Below are positions 20,883-32,462 of a stretch of 64,000 nucleotides of DNA, in pieces. Both the position numbers and the translations under genes were made by a program. This stretch comes from Spirulina sp. (GTDB taxonomy: Bacteria > Cyanobacteriota > Cyanobacteriia > Phormidesmidales > Phormidesmidaceae). The stretch covers positions 67,094 to 131,093 of the forward strand of contig JBIPSI010000017.1 of the NCBI GenBank assembly GCA_044070495.1. The letters are read 5' to 3'. The notes beneath the pieces were generated by a model. That model saw only the letters and a program-made list of their open reading frames with translations. It searched no databases and was not told the origin of the DNA. Within the stretch, counting starts at the first letter, position 1. Each line of letters opens with the position of its first letter.

Positions 20883-21136
20883 TTAGGGATGCAAAGCTGA
20901 TCGGATGGGGTTAGCCAAGCAGGATTTGGCGTTACGGCAACCCGAAGTTTTGGCAGGACAGGATCATGCGCCCATGCAGAGATGCGGATCTATACCTTCC
21001 TGCGAAGGCTAACCCCCGACGGTAGACCAAGGATCAAGGGAAACAAGGAAATTCACCGATGCCCGCCCTCCCTTCCAATCCTCTTGAGAGGATTTTGGCT
21101 TTGAGTCAAGGACTTCTAGTCCTTGGCTTGGATGGC

Positions 21137-21721
21137 CTAAGGTTCTGAGGAGTAGCCGCTGGCGTATTTATCCCACCAGCGGTTCAGCGGATAGTACAGA
21201 GCGGGGGCCCACAGGCTGCTAAGGATGGCTGAACTGAGGGCGATGCGCTGATGGTACAGCCAAATTTTGGGCAAGGACGGATAGAGGGAATCCGTAGAGA
21301 CCAGTTGGTTGAAGCTAATTTGCAGGGCCAGTACGGTTTCGGCAATCACCGCCATGGCAAAGACGATCAGCGCAATGGACACGATATCTTCCTGGAGGTA
21401 GCGCTGTTTTTGAAGCCGAGCGGTGAGCACGCCAACCACAATTAAGCTGAGGGTATGGGTCGGATGGGGAGCCGTCATAGCATCCTGGAGCAAGCCCAAC
21501 ACAAGACCCGCCATCGCCCCCTGCCAAGCGGTGCGCTTAACGCTCCAGGCCACCACCCAAATCAGCAGCCAGTGGGGAGCCACCCCCAGCAGTTCAATCC
21601 CTGGAATCCGACCGGGCAACAGCAATAGGCAGACCAACACCGAGGCCACGGTCACCACCGCATTGAGAAACCAGTCCTGTCGGTAGAAGGGGCGCTTACG
21701 GCGGCCAATCAAGGGTGTCAT
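21137..21721 (-). CDS. mreD: Rod shape-determining protein MreD
   Basis: Hydrophobic protein with PHWLLIWVVAWSVKR; third gene of the mreBCD operon. Confidence 0.92.
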   Translation of the reverse strand: MTPLIGRRKRPFYRQDWFLNAVVTVASVLVCLLLLPGRIPGIELLGVAPHWLLIWVVAWSVKRTAWQGAMAGLVLGLLQDAMTAPHPTHTLSLIVVGVLTARLQKQRYLQEDIVSIALIVFAMAVIAETVLALQISFNQLVSTDSLYPSLPKIWLYHQRIALSSAILSSLWAPALYYPLNRWWDKYASGYSSEP

Positions 21722-22518
21722 GGGGTTCCCCCAGGGGTTTCCTCTAGGTTGGGAAGGGTGGGTTCATCCACGGACTCCAGCGGCTCGAAGGGTTGAATAA
21801 CGGCCCACTCCAGAATCGGCAGGGGGGAAGAGAGCTGAATTGTGGCCTCTGGAGCCGGACTTTTGGTTAGGTCGATGGACTCCACCCGCCCGATGGGCAC
21901 ATCCCTAGGGAATAGACGGCTGTAGGAGGAGGTCACAATCACATCCCCAGCCTTTACATCGGGGTTTTTCTCAAAGAACTCCATCACCACGCGGTTGTTG
22001 GACTGCCCCCGCACCACGCCCATCACGCGGCTACGGCTGACCTTAGCCCCCACCCGACTGGTTGGATCGCTAATCAGCAACACCTTGGAGGTGCTAGGAG
22101 AAACGGTTACCACCCGACCGACGATGCCCCCCGGCCCGGTCACAATATAACCGGGAGCCACGCCCTGGCGACTGCCTCGGTTCAGGATCAGATGCTGCCA
22201 CCAGTGATCGGCAGCGCGACCAATTACGGCGGCACGGATTCCGGGTTGGGTCAGGGTTACCTCGTAATTCTCCAGTTCTCGCAGGGCGCGGTTTTGGCTT
22301 TCAAGCTCCACAATGCGCTGTTGCAGTTCGAGAATATAGCTATTCTCAATCTCCTGCTCGTAATTTAGGCCGGGTTGCAAAGGCCGAGTCAGCCAGTGGT
22401 AGGCTTCGTAGAGGGCAGCGCCTTCCGTGGCCCGCATTAACCAGGCCGAAGAAAGGGCTAGGGTGATAATCCCGGCCTTGAGGGCATGGCGAGTCCACCA
22501 GCGGCGTAGGGCAAACAT
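21718..22518 (-). CDS. mreC: Rod shape-determining protein MreC
   Basis: TM + coiled coil + GIVGRV..SKVLLISD; operon context. Confidence 0.95.
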   Translation of the reverse strand: MFALRRWWTRHALKAGIITLALSSAWLMRATEGAALYEAYHWLTRPLQPGLNYEQEIENSYILELQQRIVELESQNRALRELENYEVTLTQPGIRAAVIGRAADHWWQHLILNRGSRQGVAPGYIVTGPGGIVGRVVTVSPSTSKVLLISDPTSRVGAKVSRSRVMGVVRGQSNNRVVMEFFEKNPDVKAGDVIVTSSYSRLFPRDVPIGRVESIDLTKSPAPEATIQLSSPLPILEWAVIQPFEPLESVDEPTLPNLEETPGGTP

Positions 22519-22550
22519 AGGGTTCTGGGTGAATAGAGCAGGGCAGGCAC

Positions 22551-23585
22551 TTACAGGCTAGAACGCCCGCTAAAGACCCGTCCCATCTGGCTGAAGTTTT
22601 CGAGTACGCGTCCGGTACCCAACACCACGCAGCTCAGGGGATCGGCAGCCACATGCACCACAATGCCCGTCTCGTGGCTGATTAGGGTATCTAGCCCCTT
22701 CAGTAGGGCACCGCCGCCCGCCAGCATGATGCCGCGATCAATGATATCCGCCGCCAGTTCAGGAGGAGTCCGCTCTAGCGTGCGCTTCACGGCTTCGATG
22801 ATCACTGAAAGAGGCTCGGCCATGCTTTCGCGAATTTCCGCACTCTTAACCGTGACGGTGCGGGGCAGACCCGACAGCAGGTGCAGCCCTCGAACGTCCA
22901 TGGCGATCTCGTTGTCGTTGGGGCTGGGGTAGGCCGAACCGATGGTAATTTTGATTTCCTCGGCGGTGCGTTCCCCCACCACAAGGTTGTGCACTTTCTT
23001 CATGTAGCTGGAGATCGATTCGCTGAGTTCATCCCCAGCCACCCGCACCGACTCGCTTAGCACGGTGCCTTGCAAGCTCAGAACGGCTACCTCGGTGGTG
23101 CCGCCGCCGATGTCTACAATCATGTTGCCGGTGGGTTCTGCCACGGGCAAACCTGCCCCAATGGCCGCCGCTACGGGTTCGTCAATTAAATAGACGGTGC
23201 GTGCCCCCGCCTGCTGGGCCGCATCCATCACCGCCCGCCGTTCCACGCCCGTTACACCGCTGGGAATGCCAATCACAATCCGGGGAGACACCAGCGTCCG
23301 ACCCTCATGCACCTGGCGAATGAAGTGCTTGAGCATGAGTTCGGCGGTGTCAAAGTCGGCAATTACGCCATCGCGCAGGGGACGCAGGGCCATTACGTTA
23401 CCGGGGGTACGGCCCAGCATCCGCTTAGCTTCTTCCCCCACGGCCAGGGGCTTTTTCTCAGTTTGGTCAATTGCCACCACAGAGGGCTCTTGGAGGACAA
23501 CCCCTTTGCCAGATACATATACCAGGGTGTTGGCCGTGCCAAGGTCAATCCCCATATCACGCGAAAATCTGTCGAAGATAGCCAC
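22551..23585 (-). CDS. mreB: Rod shape-determining protein MreB
   Basis: [38 protein letters not shown] start inferred. Confidence 0.98.
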   Translation of the reverse strand: MAIFDRFSRDMGIDLGTANTLVYVSGKGVVLQEPSVVAIDQTEKKPLAVGEEAKRMLGRTPGNVMALRPLRDGVIADFDTAELMLKHFIRQVHEGRTLVSPRIVIGIPSGVTGVERRAVMDAAQQAGARTVYLIDEPVAAAIGAGLPVAEPTGNMIVDIGGGTTEVAVLSLQGTVLSESVRVAGDELSESISSYMKKVHNLVVGERTAEEIKITIGSAYPSPNDNEIAMDVRGLHLLSGLPRTVTVKSAEIRESMAEPLSVIIEAVKRTLERTPPELAADIIDRGIMLAGGGALLKGLDTLISHETGIVVHVAADPLSCVVLGTGRVLENFSQMGRVFSGRSSL

Positions 23586-23905
23586 AGGCAATCTGTCCCC
23601 AAGCTAGATAAAACAACGAACCAACTCAGATCCGATGTGGATTCTATTACGTTTCGTATCAACCCGTCTAGTCAAGGGATTGTTATTACTCGGAGAAAAA
23701 GCGGGTTGCTGGCCCCCAATCCTAGGCCCCGCGCCATCATTAGCCCTCTGGTTCAACTCCCAGAAATATCAGAGATGGCCCAGCCCGATCTCCCCCGTAG
23801 ATCCCCCGTCTCTTTGTAGATTGGCCAGCGTTTAGATGGGCCAGAGACCTGACAGCACCGAAACTTTGGCCTACAATGCGGGTTGCCGCTGTTGGTGATA
23901 GTGCA

Positions 23906-24265
23906 ATGAGCGTAAATGTGGTGACGCTGGTGGGCCGAGTCGGAGGCGATCCAGACGTGAAATACTTTGAGTCGGGCAGTGTGAAGTGTAGTCTAACCCT
24001 AGCCGTCCGGCGACGCTCTAGCCGAGACGATCAGCCTGACTGGTTCAATCTCGAACTGTGGGGTAAAACGGCTGAGGTGGCCGCAAACTATGTCCGAAAG
24101 GGTAGTCTCATTGGGGTTACCGGATCCCTTAAGTTTGACCATTGGCAGGATCGAACCACTGGGGCTAACCGATCTAAGCCAATTATTAAAGTGGACCGAA
24201 TGGATTTATTAGGTTCCCGCCGCGACAATGAAGCCCCCATGGGCTACAGCAACGATGAGTTTTAA
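23906..24265 (+). CDS. ssb: Single-stranded DNA-binding protein
   Basis: NVVTLVGRVGGDP, WGKTAEVAANYVRKGS, acidic C-terminus DEF. Confidence 0.95.
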   Translation: MSVNVVTLVGRVGGDPDVKYFESGSVKCSLTLAVRRRSSRDDQPDWFNLELWGKTAEVAANYVRKGSLIGVTGSLKFDHWQDRTTGANRSKPIIKVDRMDLLGSRRDNEAPMGYSNDEF

Positions 24266-25182
24266 TTACGGTGGTTGTTGGCAAAACTAATGCGGGTACC
24301 TGCCCAGTTGAGCTTGTTGCGTAGGGTGCCGTAGTAGGAATAGTCTTGGCGCAGAATAATGAACTGGGCCATGGTGTCGGCCATGCGCACATCCACCCGC
24401 TGCCCTGGCCAGATGGCTGTCCCCAGCACCCCATCCGTCCACAGTTTAGTGCTGAGATCTGGATCGGCCAGGGGCCAAACGCTGACCACGGAACCCGGGG
24501 GCAGCACAATCGGACGGCTCGATAGACTGAGCGGACAGATGGGCGTCACCACCAGGGCATCCATGCCAGGATGAATGATCGGGCCACCCGCCGCAACGGT
24601 GTAGCCCGTGGATCCGGTGGGGGTGCTAATGAGTAGGCCGTCGCCTTGGTATTGGTCTACCACTTCGCCATCAATTTCCATCTCCAGGATGGAGGTGATC
24701 ATGCGGTCGGGGGAGGCGGGTTTGACGGCCATTTCGTTCAAGGCCAGAAATCGATCACTCATGGGTTCCAGATTGGTGCGATTACCCTGGAAAATTTGAG
24801 CTTGCAGCATCATACGTCGCTGCACCGCAAACCGATCCTCCAGCAGCCGCTGCCAAACGGCCTCGGTATCGTCCATGTGCTCGGAGGTTTCGGTTAAAAA
24901 ACCCAGGTGCCCACCAATGTTGACGGCCAAAATCGGAATATTTTCGGCGGCCAAATTGCGGGCGGCGGTGAGGGCGGTGCCGTCGCCCCCAAACACAATG
25001 GCCAAGTCAATGGGCTGGCTCACGGAGGCTAGAAAGACGGGATAGGGGTTGTCCTTTGGCCCACTAGGCCCACGCAACACCTTGCTCCCCAAAGCCTCTA
25101 GCTCGCGAGCGCACTTTTCGGCCCACTGCTGGCTGAGGCGATTTCCGGCCTTATGGACAATAATGACTTGATTGAGTTGCAC
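24262..25182 (-). CDS. NAD(+) kinase
   Basis: GGDGT, LNE, DGLLISTPTGSTGY; GTG start inferred. Confidence 0.95.
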   Translation of the reverse strand: MQLNQVIIVHKAGNRLSQQWAEKCARELEALGSKVLRGPSGPKDNPYPVFLASVSQPIDLAIVFGGDGTALTAARNLAAENIPILAVNIGGHLGFLTETSEHMDDTEAVWQRLLEDRFAVQRRMMLQAQIFQGNRTNLEPMSDRFLALNEMAVKPASPDRMITSILEMEIDGEVVDQYQGDGLLISTPTGSTGYTVAAGGPIIHPGMDALVVTPICPLSLSSRPIVLPPGSVVSVWPLADPDLSTKLWTDGVLGTAIWPGQRVDVRMADTMAQFIILRQDYSYYGTLRNKLNWAGTRISFANNHRN

Positions 25183-25428
25183 GGCCCGGTGCCCACCCCA
25201 GCGCAAAATCTATCCCATCTTAAACGCAATGGCGGCAGGAATTGGTTTCCCACCGCCACAGGTTCTACGAGTTATCCATCCCTGCGAAACAGCCTAGATC
25301 TTGACATCACAGACTGATCCGTAAACGGGTAATGCTGAAGACCTCGTTGCCCAGATGGCTCACAGGGCAAGCCTCCTAGAAAGCGTGCTAGCCTTAGCAT
25401 CTTAGGGTAGAACTCACCAAAGTTGGGA

Positions 25429-25734
25429 CTACCACTTGAGCAGATTAAACTGCTCCATGTCAATGGTGTCGCGGTTGCGGTAGATGGAAAGCACAATGGC
25501 CAAGCCCACAGCGGCTTCGGCAGCGGCAATGCTAATCACAAACACCGCAAACACCTGTCCATTAATACCCACTGGATCCAAGTAGTTGGAGAAGGCCATC
25601 AGGTTCAGGTTGACCGCGTTCAGCATCAATTCAATGGACATCAAAACGCGAATCACGTTGCGACTGGTCACAAGACCATATACCCCAATGCAAAATAGGG
25701 CGGCTGCGACAAGGAGGAAATACTCAAGTTGCAT
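25429..25734 (-). CDS. ndhE: NDH-1 subunit E (NuoK)
   Basis: [25 protein letters not shown]. Confidence 0.97.
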   Translation of the reverse strand: MQLEYFLLVAAALFCIGVYGLVTSRNVIRVLMSIELMLNAVNLNLMAFSNYLDPVGINGQVFAVFVISIAAAEAAVGLAIVLSIYRNRDTIDMEQFNLLKW

Positions 25735-25869
25735 GGCTGACTAGGGTGAAAAACTGGGCAACAAGCTTCAATGAAACAATAACGTTGAGCCATCCTACGG
25801 ACTCACGGATATTTTGCTGGGAGACAGTCCTCTAGGGTGGACATCGCCCACCATCAAGACTCAGTAGCG

Positions 25870-26490
25870 CTAACGATCCCCATCACCGGACACTACCGGG
25901 GCCGAAGACACTAGCTCCCGGCGACGCTCTGGCAATTGCAATGCCTCAGATTCTGGCTCACCGGGAACCGTATCAGGGATAAACTCGCGCCGTGCCAGCA
26001 CAATCGCCCCAATCAAGGCAATGAGCAGGAGCACCGAGGCGAGTTCAAAGGGCAAGAGATAGTCGGTGAAAAAATGTTTGCCAATTTCCACAATCGCCTG
26101 TTCCCCGGCGGGCTGCTCGGAGGAAATGGCCCAGGGGGTATTGATCACCGATACCGTCAGCAGGGCAAACAAACCCGCGCAAACGCCCCCCGTAGCCACC
26201 TTGCTAATCCAGGCCTGCCGGACAGGTAGGAAGGGCTGTCGCTTGTTGACCAACATAATCCCGAACAAAATTAGGACGTTAACGGCCCCCACGTATACCA
26301 GCACTTGGGCGGCGGCTACAAAGCCCGCATTGAGCAGAATGTACATGCCCGCCATGCTAATGAATACCCCACCCAAAAGAAAGGCGGAGTACACAATGTT
26401 CTCTAATAACACCACTCCGAGGGCGCTACCCAGCACCATCAACGTCAGGATGCCAAAGGCAACCAGTTGAACCCCTTCTGCTAACGTCAC
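25870..26490 (-). CDS. ndhG: NDH-1 subunit G (NuoJ)
   Basis: NIVYSAFLL, AQVLVYVGAVNVL, LLPFELAS. Confidence 0.97.
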   Translation of the reverse strand: MTLAEGVQLVAFGILTLMVLGSALGVVLLENIVYSAFLLGGVFISMAGMYILLNAGFVAAAQVLVYVGAVNVLILFGIMLVNKRQPFLPVRQAWISKVATGGVCAGLFALLTVSVINTPWAISSEQPAGEQAIVEIGKHFFTDYLLPFELASVLLLIALIGAIVLARREFIPDTVPGEPESEALQLPERRRELVSSAPVVSGDGDR

Positions 26491-26573
26491 AGGCCTTTTA
26501 CTCCTAGAAAACACCGATTGGGTTAGCCCCGTGGAGCCTCCCCGCTATTGAACCATACTTGACCGCAAGCCGC

Positions 26574-27167
26574 CTAGGGCTTGGCGTCGGCGGATTCCTC
26601 CAGAATCTCCTGGGGAAGTTTGCCTGCTCGCCGCGAATTGGGGGGCAGATCGTGGGGTTCCATCACCCCTTTGGGTAGGTAGGCCAGTTCCCGCAGTGGC
26701 GTCACCATGGGATCCTGAGTCACTTTGTAGGGAAGGCGACCGAGGGCCACGTTGTCGTAGTTGAGTTCGTGGCGGTCGTAGGTGGCCATTTCGTACTCTT
26801 CGGTCATGGAGAGGCAGTTGGTGGGGCAATATTCCACACAGTTGCCGCAAAAAATGCACACCCCAAAGTCGATACTGTAGTGCTTGAGATTTTTCTTCTT
26901 GGTGGCTTTGTCAAAGTCCCAATCCACCACGGGCAGGTTGATGGGGCAAACCCGTACGCACACTTCACAGGCGATGCACTTATCAAACTCGAAGTGAATT
27001 CGGCCTCGAAAGCGTTCGGAGGGAATCAGCTTTTCGTAGGGGTATTGCACCGTAATCGGACGACGCTTCATGTGGTCGAAGGTGACGGACAACCCCTGGC
27101 CAATATACTTAGCCGCCTGAAAGCTTTCCTTCGCGTAGTCGCCAACCTGTTTGAGAAAACCCAGCAT
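26574..27167 (-). CDS. ndhI: NDH-1 subunit I
   Basis: Two CxxCxxCxxxCP 4Fe-4S motifs; QYPYEK..SERFRG. Confidence 0.98.
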   Translation of the reverse strand: MLGFLKQVGDYAKESFQAAKYIGQGLSVTFDHMKRRPITVQYPYEKLIPSERFRGRIHFEFDKCIACEVCVRVCPINLPVVDWDFDKATKKKNLKHYSIDFGVCIFCGNCVEYCPTNCLSMTEEYEMATYDRHELNYDNVALGRLPYKVTQDPMVTPLRELAYLPKGVMEPHDLPPNSRRAGKLPQEILEESADAKP

Positions 27168-27292
27168 GGAAAAACCTCCAGCGTTTGAACATGTTTGATC
27201 AGTTGAGCGTCTTGCCGGACGGGTGAAATCTGTCAACTCCGCCTTGACCATATCAACGGCAAATCCCTAGACCGCCGTCCTCAGCCCCGCAT

Positions 27293-28411
27293 CTAGCCCC
27301 CAAAGGCAACGGGGAAAGCCAGCTTTAACCCTGCCGTCAGTAGCAGGTTAACGAGGGACACCGGGAGTAGAAACTTCCACCCGAAATCTAGCAGTTGGTC
27401 AATCCGCACGCGGGGCACCGTCCAGCGCAGCAGAATGGCTAAAAAGACCAGGGCATAAGCCTTAAATAGCGTCATCATGATGCCAATGGAGGCGGCAATC
27501 ACCTGAAACCAGGGGGTGGTTTCGCTAACGCCGATCACATCGGCAATCCAGGTAACAGAGACCGGAAACTCCCAGCCCCCCAGGTACAGAATGGACACAA
27601 TCAGGGCAGACAGCACCAAGTTGACGTAGGAGCCGACGTAGAACAGGCCAAACTTCATCCCGGTATATTCCGTTTGGTAGCCTGCCACCAGTTCTTCCTC
27701 CGCCTCAGGGAGGTCAAAGGGAAGGCGCTCACATTCCGCTAGGGCTGCAATCCAGAAAATCAAGAATCCGGCTGGTTGCCGCCAAATGTTCCAGCCCAGG
27801 ATGCCGTAGCCCGACTGCTGGTTGACAATATCTATGGTACTAAGGCTGTTGGACATTAAGACCACCGCCAGCACCGCCAGCGCCATTGGAATTTCGTAGC
27901 TGATGGATTGAGCCGCCGCCCGCAACCCCCCCAGCAAGGAGTACTTATTGTTGGAGGAGTAGCCCGCCATCAGCAACCCAATCGGGGCGATACTGGACAG
28001 GGCAATCCAGAGAAAAATACCGACACCGATGTCGGTAATCACCATATTTTGGCCAAAGGGCACGATGAGATAGGACAAAAAGACCGGAATCACGACAATG
28101 GCTGGCCCTAGGGTAAACAGGATAGGGTCGGCCTTGGCGGGGGTGATGTCTTCTTTGAACAGGAGCTTGATGCCGTCGGCGGCGGCTTGGAGGGTGCCCA
28201 GAGGCCCCACATATTCTGGGCCGATGCGCTGCTGGGCGGCGGCGGAGATTTTCCGCTCTAGCCACACCGTCACGAAAATGCTGACGGTAGCCCCCACTAA
28301 GATCACCACCATGGGCAGCGGCAGCCAGAGGGTTTTGGCCACGCTGATCGGTAGTCCTAATTCGGTGAGCAACTCTACAAAGCTGCCCTGTAGGTCGATT
28401 CCTTGAGTCAT
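27293..28411 (-). CDS. ndhA: NDH-1 subunit A (NuoH)
   Basis: [33 protein letters not shown]. Confidence 0.98.
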   Translation of the reverse strand: MTQGIDLQGSFVELLTELGLPISVAKTLWLPLPMVVILVGATVSIFVTVWLERKISAAAQQRIGPEYVGPLGTLQAAADGIKLLFKEDITPAKADPILFTLGPAIVVIPVFLSYLIVPFGQNMVITDIGVGIFLWIALSSIAPIGLLMAGYSSNNKYSLLGGLRAAAQSISYEIPMALAVLAVVLMSNSLSTIDIVNQQSGYGILGWNIWRQPAGFLIFWIAALAECERLPFDLPEAEEELVAGYQTEYTGMKFGLFYVGSYVNLVLSALIVSILYLGGWEFPVSVTWIADVIGVSETTPWFQVIAASIGIMMTLFKAYALVFLAILLRWTVPRVRIDQLLDFGWKFLLPVSLVNLLLTAGLKLAFPVAFGG

Positions 28412-28855
28412 GTCTTCGCCCTTTGCCGCGTCATCATTCACCATAACCCAAGTCCGTCAGTCAAATACGGAGCGTTGGGTGAAGATCCCCCAGGGATCCC
28501 AGCCTAGATAGCACGTCTCCTGGAAAGACCGTGCAAAAAAGCTGAGATTAGCTGCTACGCCAATGCCCTAGGCCAAGAATTTTCCTAAAATTTTACCCGT
28601 TCTCCCTAGCAAACTTCGCGATTTTTCGGGTTTCTTTTCGACAGATCGTTCAGGATTTCTTGGATGACCGAACAGTGAACCCAATATCCCAATCGATCCT
28701 TAGCTAACCCAGCCCAGTCCTGTCGCGAACGAGGGCGATCCCAAGGAAGCGCTCCCGGTCTACTCCTGCTCCGCCATGCCCTGACCCTTTGGGATAAAAT
28801 AAAACCTCTTGAGATCGGCCAGTCAGGCTAATCTTTGTTCCCATTGAGTAAGGCT

Positions 28856-30277
28856 ATGAGCAAGGGCACCCTGTTTGATAAGGTTTGGGATCTGCATACT
28901 GTGGGTACGTTGCCATCGGGTCAAACCCAACTCTTTATTGGGCTTCACCTGGTTCATGAGGTGACCAGTCCCCAAGCCTTCGCCATGCTGCGGGAGCGTC
29001 ATCTGCCTGTGATGTATCCCCAGCGCACGGTGGCCACGGTGGATCATATTGTTCCCACCCAAGATCAGGCTCGTCCCTTTGCCGACCCCCTGGCCGAGTC
29101 CATGATGCAGGCCCTGGAGCAAAACTGCAAAGACTTTGGCATTCGTTTCCATAACATCGGTTCCGGTCGTCAGGGCATCGTCCACGTCATTGCGCCCGAA
29201 CAGGGGCTGACCCAGCCGGGGATGACCATTGCCTGCGGTGACAGCCACACCTCCACCCACGGAGCCTTTGGATCTATTGCCTTTGGCATTGGCACCAGCC
29301 AAGTGCGCGATGTGCTGGCCTCCCAAACCCTCGCCCTAGGGAAGCTGAAGGTGCGGCGCATTGAGGTGAATGGTGCGTTGCCAGAGGGGGTTTACGCCAA
29401 GGATGTCATTCTCCACATCATCCGTAAGCTAGGGGTGAAGGGTGGCGTGGGCTATGCCTACGAATTTGCGGGCACCACCCTAGACCGGATGGATATGGAA
29501 GGGCGGATGACCATTTGCAACATGGCCATCGAAGGCGGGGCACGCTGTGGCTACGTGAACCCCGATCAAACCACCTACGATTATTTGAAGGGTCGAGAGT
29601 TTGCGCCCCAAGGGGAAGCCTGGGATCAGGCCGTCACCTGGTGGCATAGCCTCCGCAGCGATGCCGATGCGGTCTACGACGATGTGGTGGTGTTTGAGGC
29701 CGCCGCCATTGCCCCCACCGTCACCTGGGGCATCACCCCCGGACAAGGTATCGGCATCGACGAACCCCTGCCCACGGTGGATAGCTTCGGCGAAGGGGAT
29801 CGGGTGCTGGCGGAAGAAGCCTTTGCTTATATGGATCTCGCCCCCGGTCAGCCACTTCAGGGCACTCCTATCGATGTCTGCTTCATTGGCAGTTGCACCA
29901 ATGGCCGCATCAGTGACCTGCGGGAAGCCGCCAAGGTGGTGCAGGGGCACACCGTTGCCGAGGGGGTCAAAGCCTTTGTGGTACCTGGTTCCGAGCAGGT
30001 GAAGCGTCAGGCCGAAGCCGAAGGACTGGATGCCATCTTCACCGCCGCTGGCCTAGAGTGGCGGGAAGCGGGCTGTTCCATGTGTCTGGCCATGAATCCA
30101 GATAAGCTTCAGGGCCGACAGATCAGCGCCTCGTCCTCCAACCGTAATTTTAAGGGACGCCAAGGTTCGGCCTCTGGACGCACTCTGCTGATGAGTCCGG
30201 CTATGGTCGCTGCCGCCGCCATTAACGGCAAAGTCGTTGATGTGCGCGATTACCTACCCAGCGATCCATCGCGTTAG
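28856..30277 (+). CDS. leuC: 3-isopropylmalate dehydratase large subunit
   Basis: [38 protein letters not shown]. Confidence 0.97.
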   Translation: MSKGTLFDKVWDLHTVGTLPSGQTQLFIGLHLVHEVTSPQAFAMLRERHLPVMYPQRTVATVDHIVPTQDQARPFADPLAESMMQALEQNCKDFGIRFHNIGSGRQGIVHVIAPEQGLTQPGMTIACGDSHTSTHGAFGSIAFGIGTSQVRDVLASQTLALGKLKVRRIEVNGALPEGVYAKDVILHIIRKLGVKGGVGYAYEFAGTTLDRMDMEGRMTICNMAIEGGARCGYVNPDQTTYDYLKGREFAPQGEAWDQAVTWWHSLRSDADAVYDDVVVFEAAAIAPTVTWGITPGQGIGIDEPLPTVDSFGEGDRVLAEEAFAYMDLAPGQPLQGTPIDVCFIGSCTNGRISDLREAAKVVQGHTVAEGVKAFVVPGSEQVKRQAEAEGLDAIFTAAGLEWREAGCSMCLAMNPDKLQGRQISASSSNRNFKGRQGSASGRTLLMSPAMVAAAAINGKVVDVRDYLPSDPSR

Positions 30278-30556
30278 CCCCCCCACAGTCAACAGTTGCC
30301 CCCCGCAATCACCCCTGATTAGACAGCAGCGGTCGGGAGTCGGCGGCGTTTTAGCCCATAGTAGACAATCACCAGGGAAACGTTGCTGCTTTTGGGAACC
30401 GCGTCTGAGTGGGTACGCTTTCCGAGTAGTATGGGACAATGCCCAAAATCAAGTTGTCTTAGCACCGGGGCTAGCTGTCCTCCAGATTCAAATGGGATCG
30501 CTAGGTGGTAAGGTTTTTTGTTGTGAATAAACTTCCAGGAGAGGCGTAGGAGTCCT

Positions 30557-30796
30557 ATGAGCGCAGAGGTTCTTGATAAGGTTCAGAAAATCGTCAGCGA
30601 ACAGCTTGGCGTCGATGAGGCCGAAGTGAAGCCTGAAGCTAGCTTTGCCAACGATCTGGGCGCAGATTCCTTGGATACCGTTGAGCTAGTCATGGCTCTG
30701 GAAGAGGAGTTCGGCATCGAAATTCCCGACGAAGCCGCTGAGGGCATCGCTACGGTTCAAGATGCGGTGAATTTCATCGTCGAGAAAGCCGCCTAG
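30557..30796 (+). CDS. acpP: Acyl carrier protein
   Basis: [20 protein letters not shown]. Confidence 0.98.
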   Translation: MSAEVLDKVQKIVSEQLGVDEAEVKPEASFANDLGADSLDTVELVMALEEEFGIEIPDEAAEGIATVQDAVNFIVEKAA

Positions 30797-30945
30797 GACT
30801 ATGGCTTTGAGTTCTTGGGCATGGATCTAGGCCAGCGATGGCAGGCCATCTCAAGGGAAACCTCATTCAAAACGTCATCGAATCTAGCCTCCGCTGGGTG
30901 CTAGCCCTGCGTGGGGCTTGATTCTATTTTTCATCAATTTTGGTC

Positions 30946-32199
30946 ATGGCTCACTCTGAATTAAAGCGCGTTGTTGTCACTGGCATGGATGCCATTACCC
31001 CCATTGGCAATAGTCTGGCGGACTATTGGGAGGGGCTGAAGGCAGGGCGGAGCGGCATTGCTCGGATCACCCATTTTGACCCGTCTAACCATGCCTCCCA
31101 AATTGCTGGGGAAGTGAAGAACTTTGACCCCACGGACTTTCTGGATAAGAAAGACGCTAAGCGGATGGATCGCTTCTCCCAGTTTGCGGTGATCGCCAGC
31201 CAACGCGCCCTTCAGCATTCCGGCCTGCAAATTACTGATCTGAATGCTGAGCAGGTGGGTACCTGCATCGGGTCGGGCATCGGTGGCCTCAAGGTGCTGG
31301 AAGATCAGCAGGAGATCTACCTCACCCGTGGGCCTAGCCGCTGTAGCCCCTTCATGATTCCGATGATGATTGCCAACATGGCCGCTGGGCTAACGGCAAT
31401 TCACACCGGGGCCAAGGGGCCAAGCACCTGTACGGTGACGGCCTGTGCGGCAGGTTCTAACGCCATTGGCGATGCCTTCCGGCTGATTCAAACGGGCTAT
31501 GTGCAGGCGATGATCTGCGGGGGTACCGAAGCCGCTGTGACGCCCTTGGGGGTAGCGGGTTTTGCTTCGGCCCGTGCCCTGTCTACCCGAAACGATGATC
31601 CCACCCGCGCCAGCCGTCCCTTTGATAAAGACCGCGATGGCTTTGTCATCGGCGAAGGTTGCGGCATTTTGATTTTGGAAGAACTGGAGCACGCCCTCAG
31701 CCGAGGGGCCACCATCTACGCCGAAATGGTGGGCTACGGCATGACCTGCGATGCCTACCACATGACGGCTCCCGTTCCTGGTGGCGAAGGAGCGGCCCGC
31801 TGCATTCGCATGGCCCTCAAGGATGCGGGTCTGACGCCGGATCAAATTAGCTACATCAACGCCCACGGCACCAGCACTGGAGCCAACGACCCCACGGAAA
31901 CCCAGGCCATCAAAACCGCCCTGGGGGAAGCGGCTTACAAAGTGGCTGTCAGCTCTACCAAGTCCATGACCGGGCACTTGCTGGGCGGTTCCGGCGGCAT
32001 TGAGGCGGTGGCGACCTGCTTGGCCATGGCCAACGATGTGGCTCCCCCCACCGCGAATTTGGATAACCCCGATCCTGACTGCGACCTGGACTATGTGCCC
32101 CATCAAAGTCGGCCCATGCCCATTGAGGTGGCGCTGTCCAACTCCTTTGGCTTTGGAGGACACAATGTTACCCTAGCTTTCCGGAAGTACCGTAGCTAG
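30946..32199 (+). CDS. fabF: Beta-ketoacyl-ACP synthase II
   Basis: TACAAG, NAHGTST, KSMTGHLLG, NSFGFGGHN. Confidence 0.98.
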   Translation: MAHSELKRVVVTGMDAITPIGNSLADYWEGLKAGRSGIARITHFDPSNHASQIAGEVKNFDPTDFLDKKDAKRMDRFSQFAVIASQRALQHSGLQITDLNAEQVGTCIGSGIGGLKVLEDQQEIYLTRGPSRCSPFMIPMMIANMAAGLTAIHTGAKGPSTCTVTACAAGSNAIGDAFRLIQTGYVQAMICGGTEAAVTPLGVAGFASARALSTRNDDPTRASRPFDKDRDGFVIGEGCGILILEELEHALSRGATIYAEMVGYGMTCDAYHMTAPVPGGEGAARCIRMALKDAGLTPDQISYINAHGTSTGANDPTETQAIKTALGEAAYKVAVSSTKSMTGHLLGGSGGIEAVATCLAMANDVAPPTANLDNPDPDCDLDYVPHQSRPMPIEVALSNSFGFGGHNVTLAFRKYRS

Positions 32200-32462
32200 A
32201 GTTACAAATTGATAGGTATAATGACCTAGAGATCCAGGATTTGACCTTTCCCTAGGTCATGCCCATCCGGTGCCACGGTGGTAAAGGTGTTGACAATTGC
32301 CCGGTTGAACGGTCTGCTGAAGGCGGGGGCAATTGTTGGAAGCCTTGAGGAATCAAGGTTTTTCATTGTGTTTGTCTGTGCTGCTTGGTCAGCGTTTGGT
32401 TCGTTGATTCTCTGGTTCATCGTCCGCTGCTCCGAATAACCCGTCGTTAAACTGTTGAAACT

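Noticed and set aside
20910..21013. GTTAGCC...GGCTAAC pair as an attC or empty cassette
   Set aside because: The boxes are in the wrong order for attC and no L''/L' arms follow.
25207..25428. Possible ncRNA between ndhE and the NAD kinase gene
   Set aside because: Only short, weak complementarities and no recognisable family.
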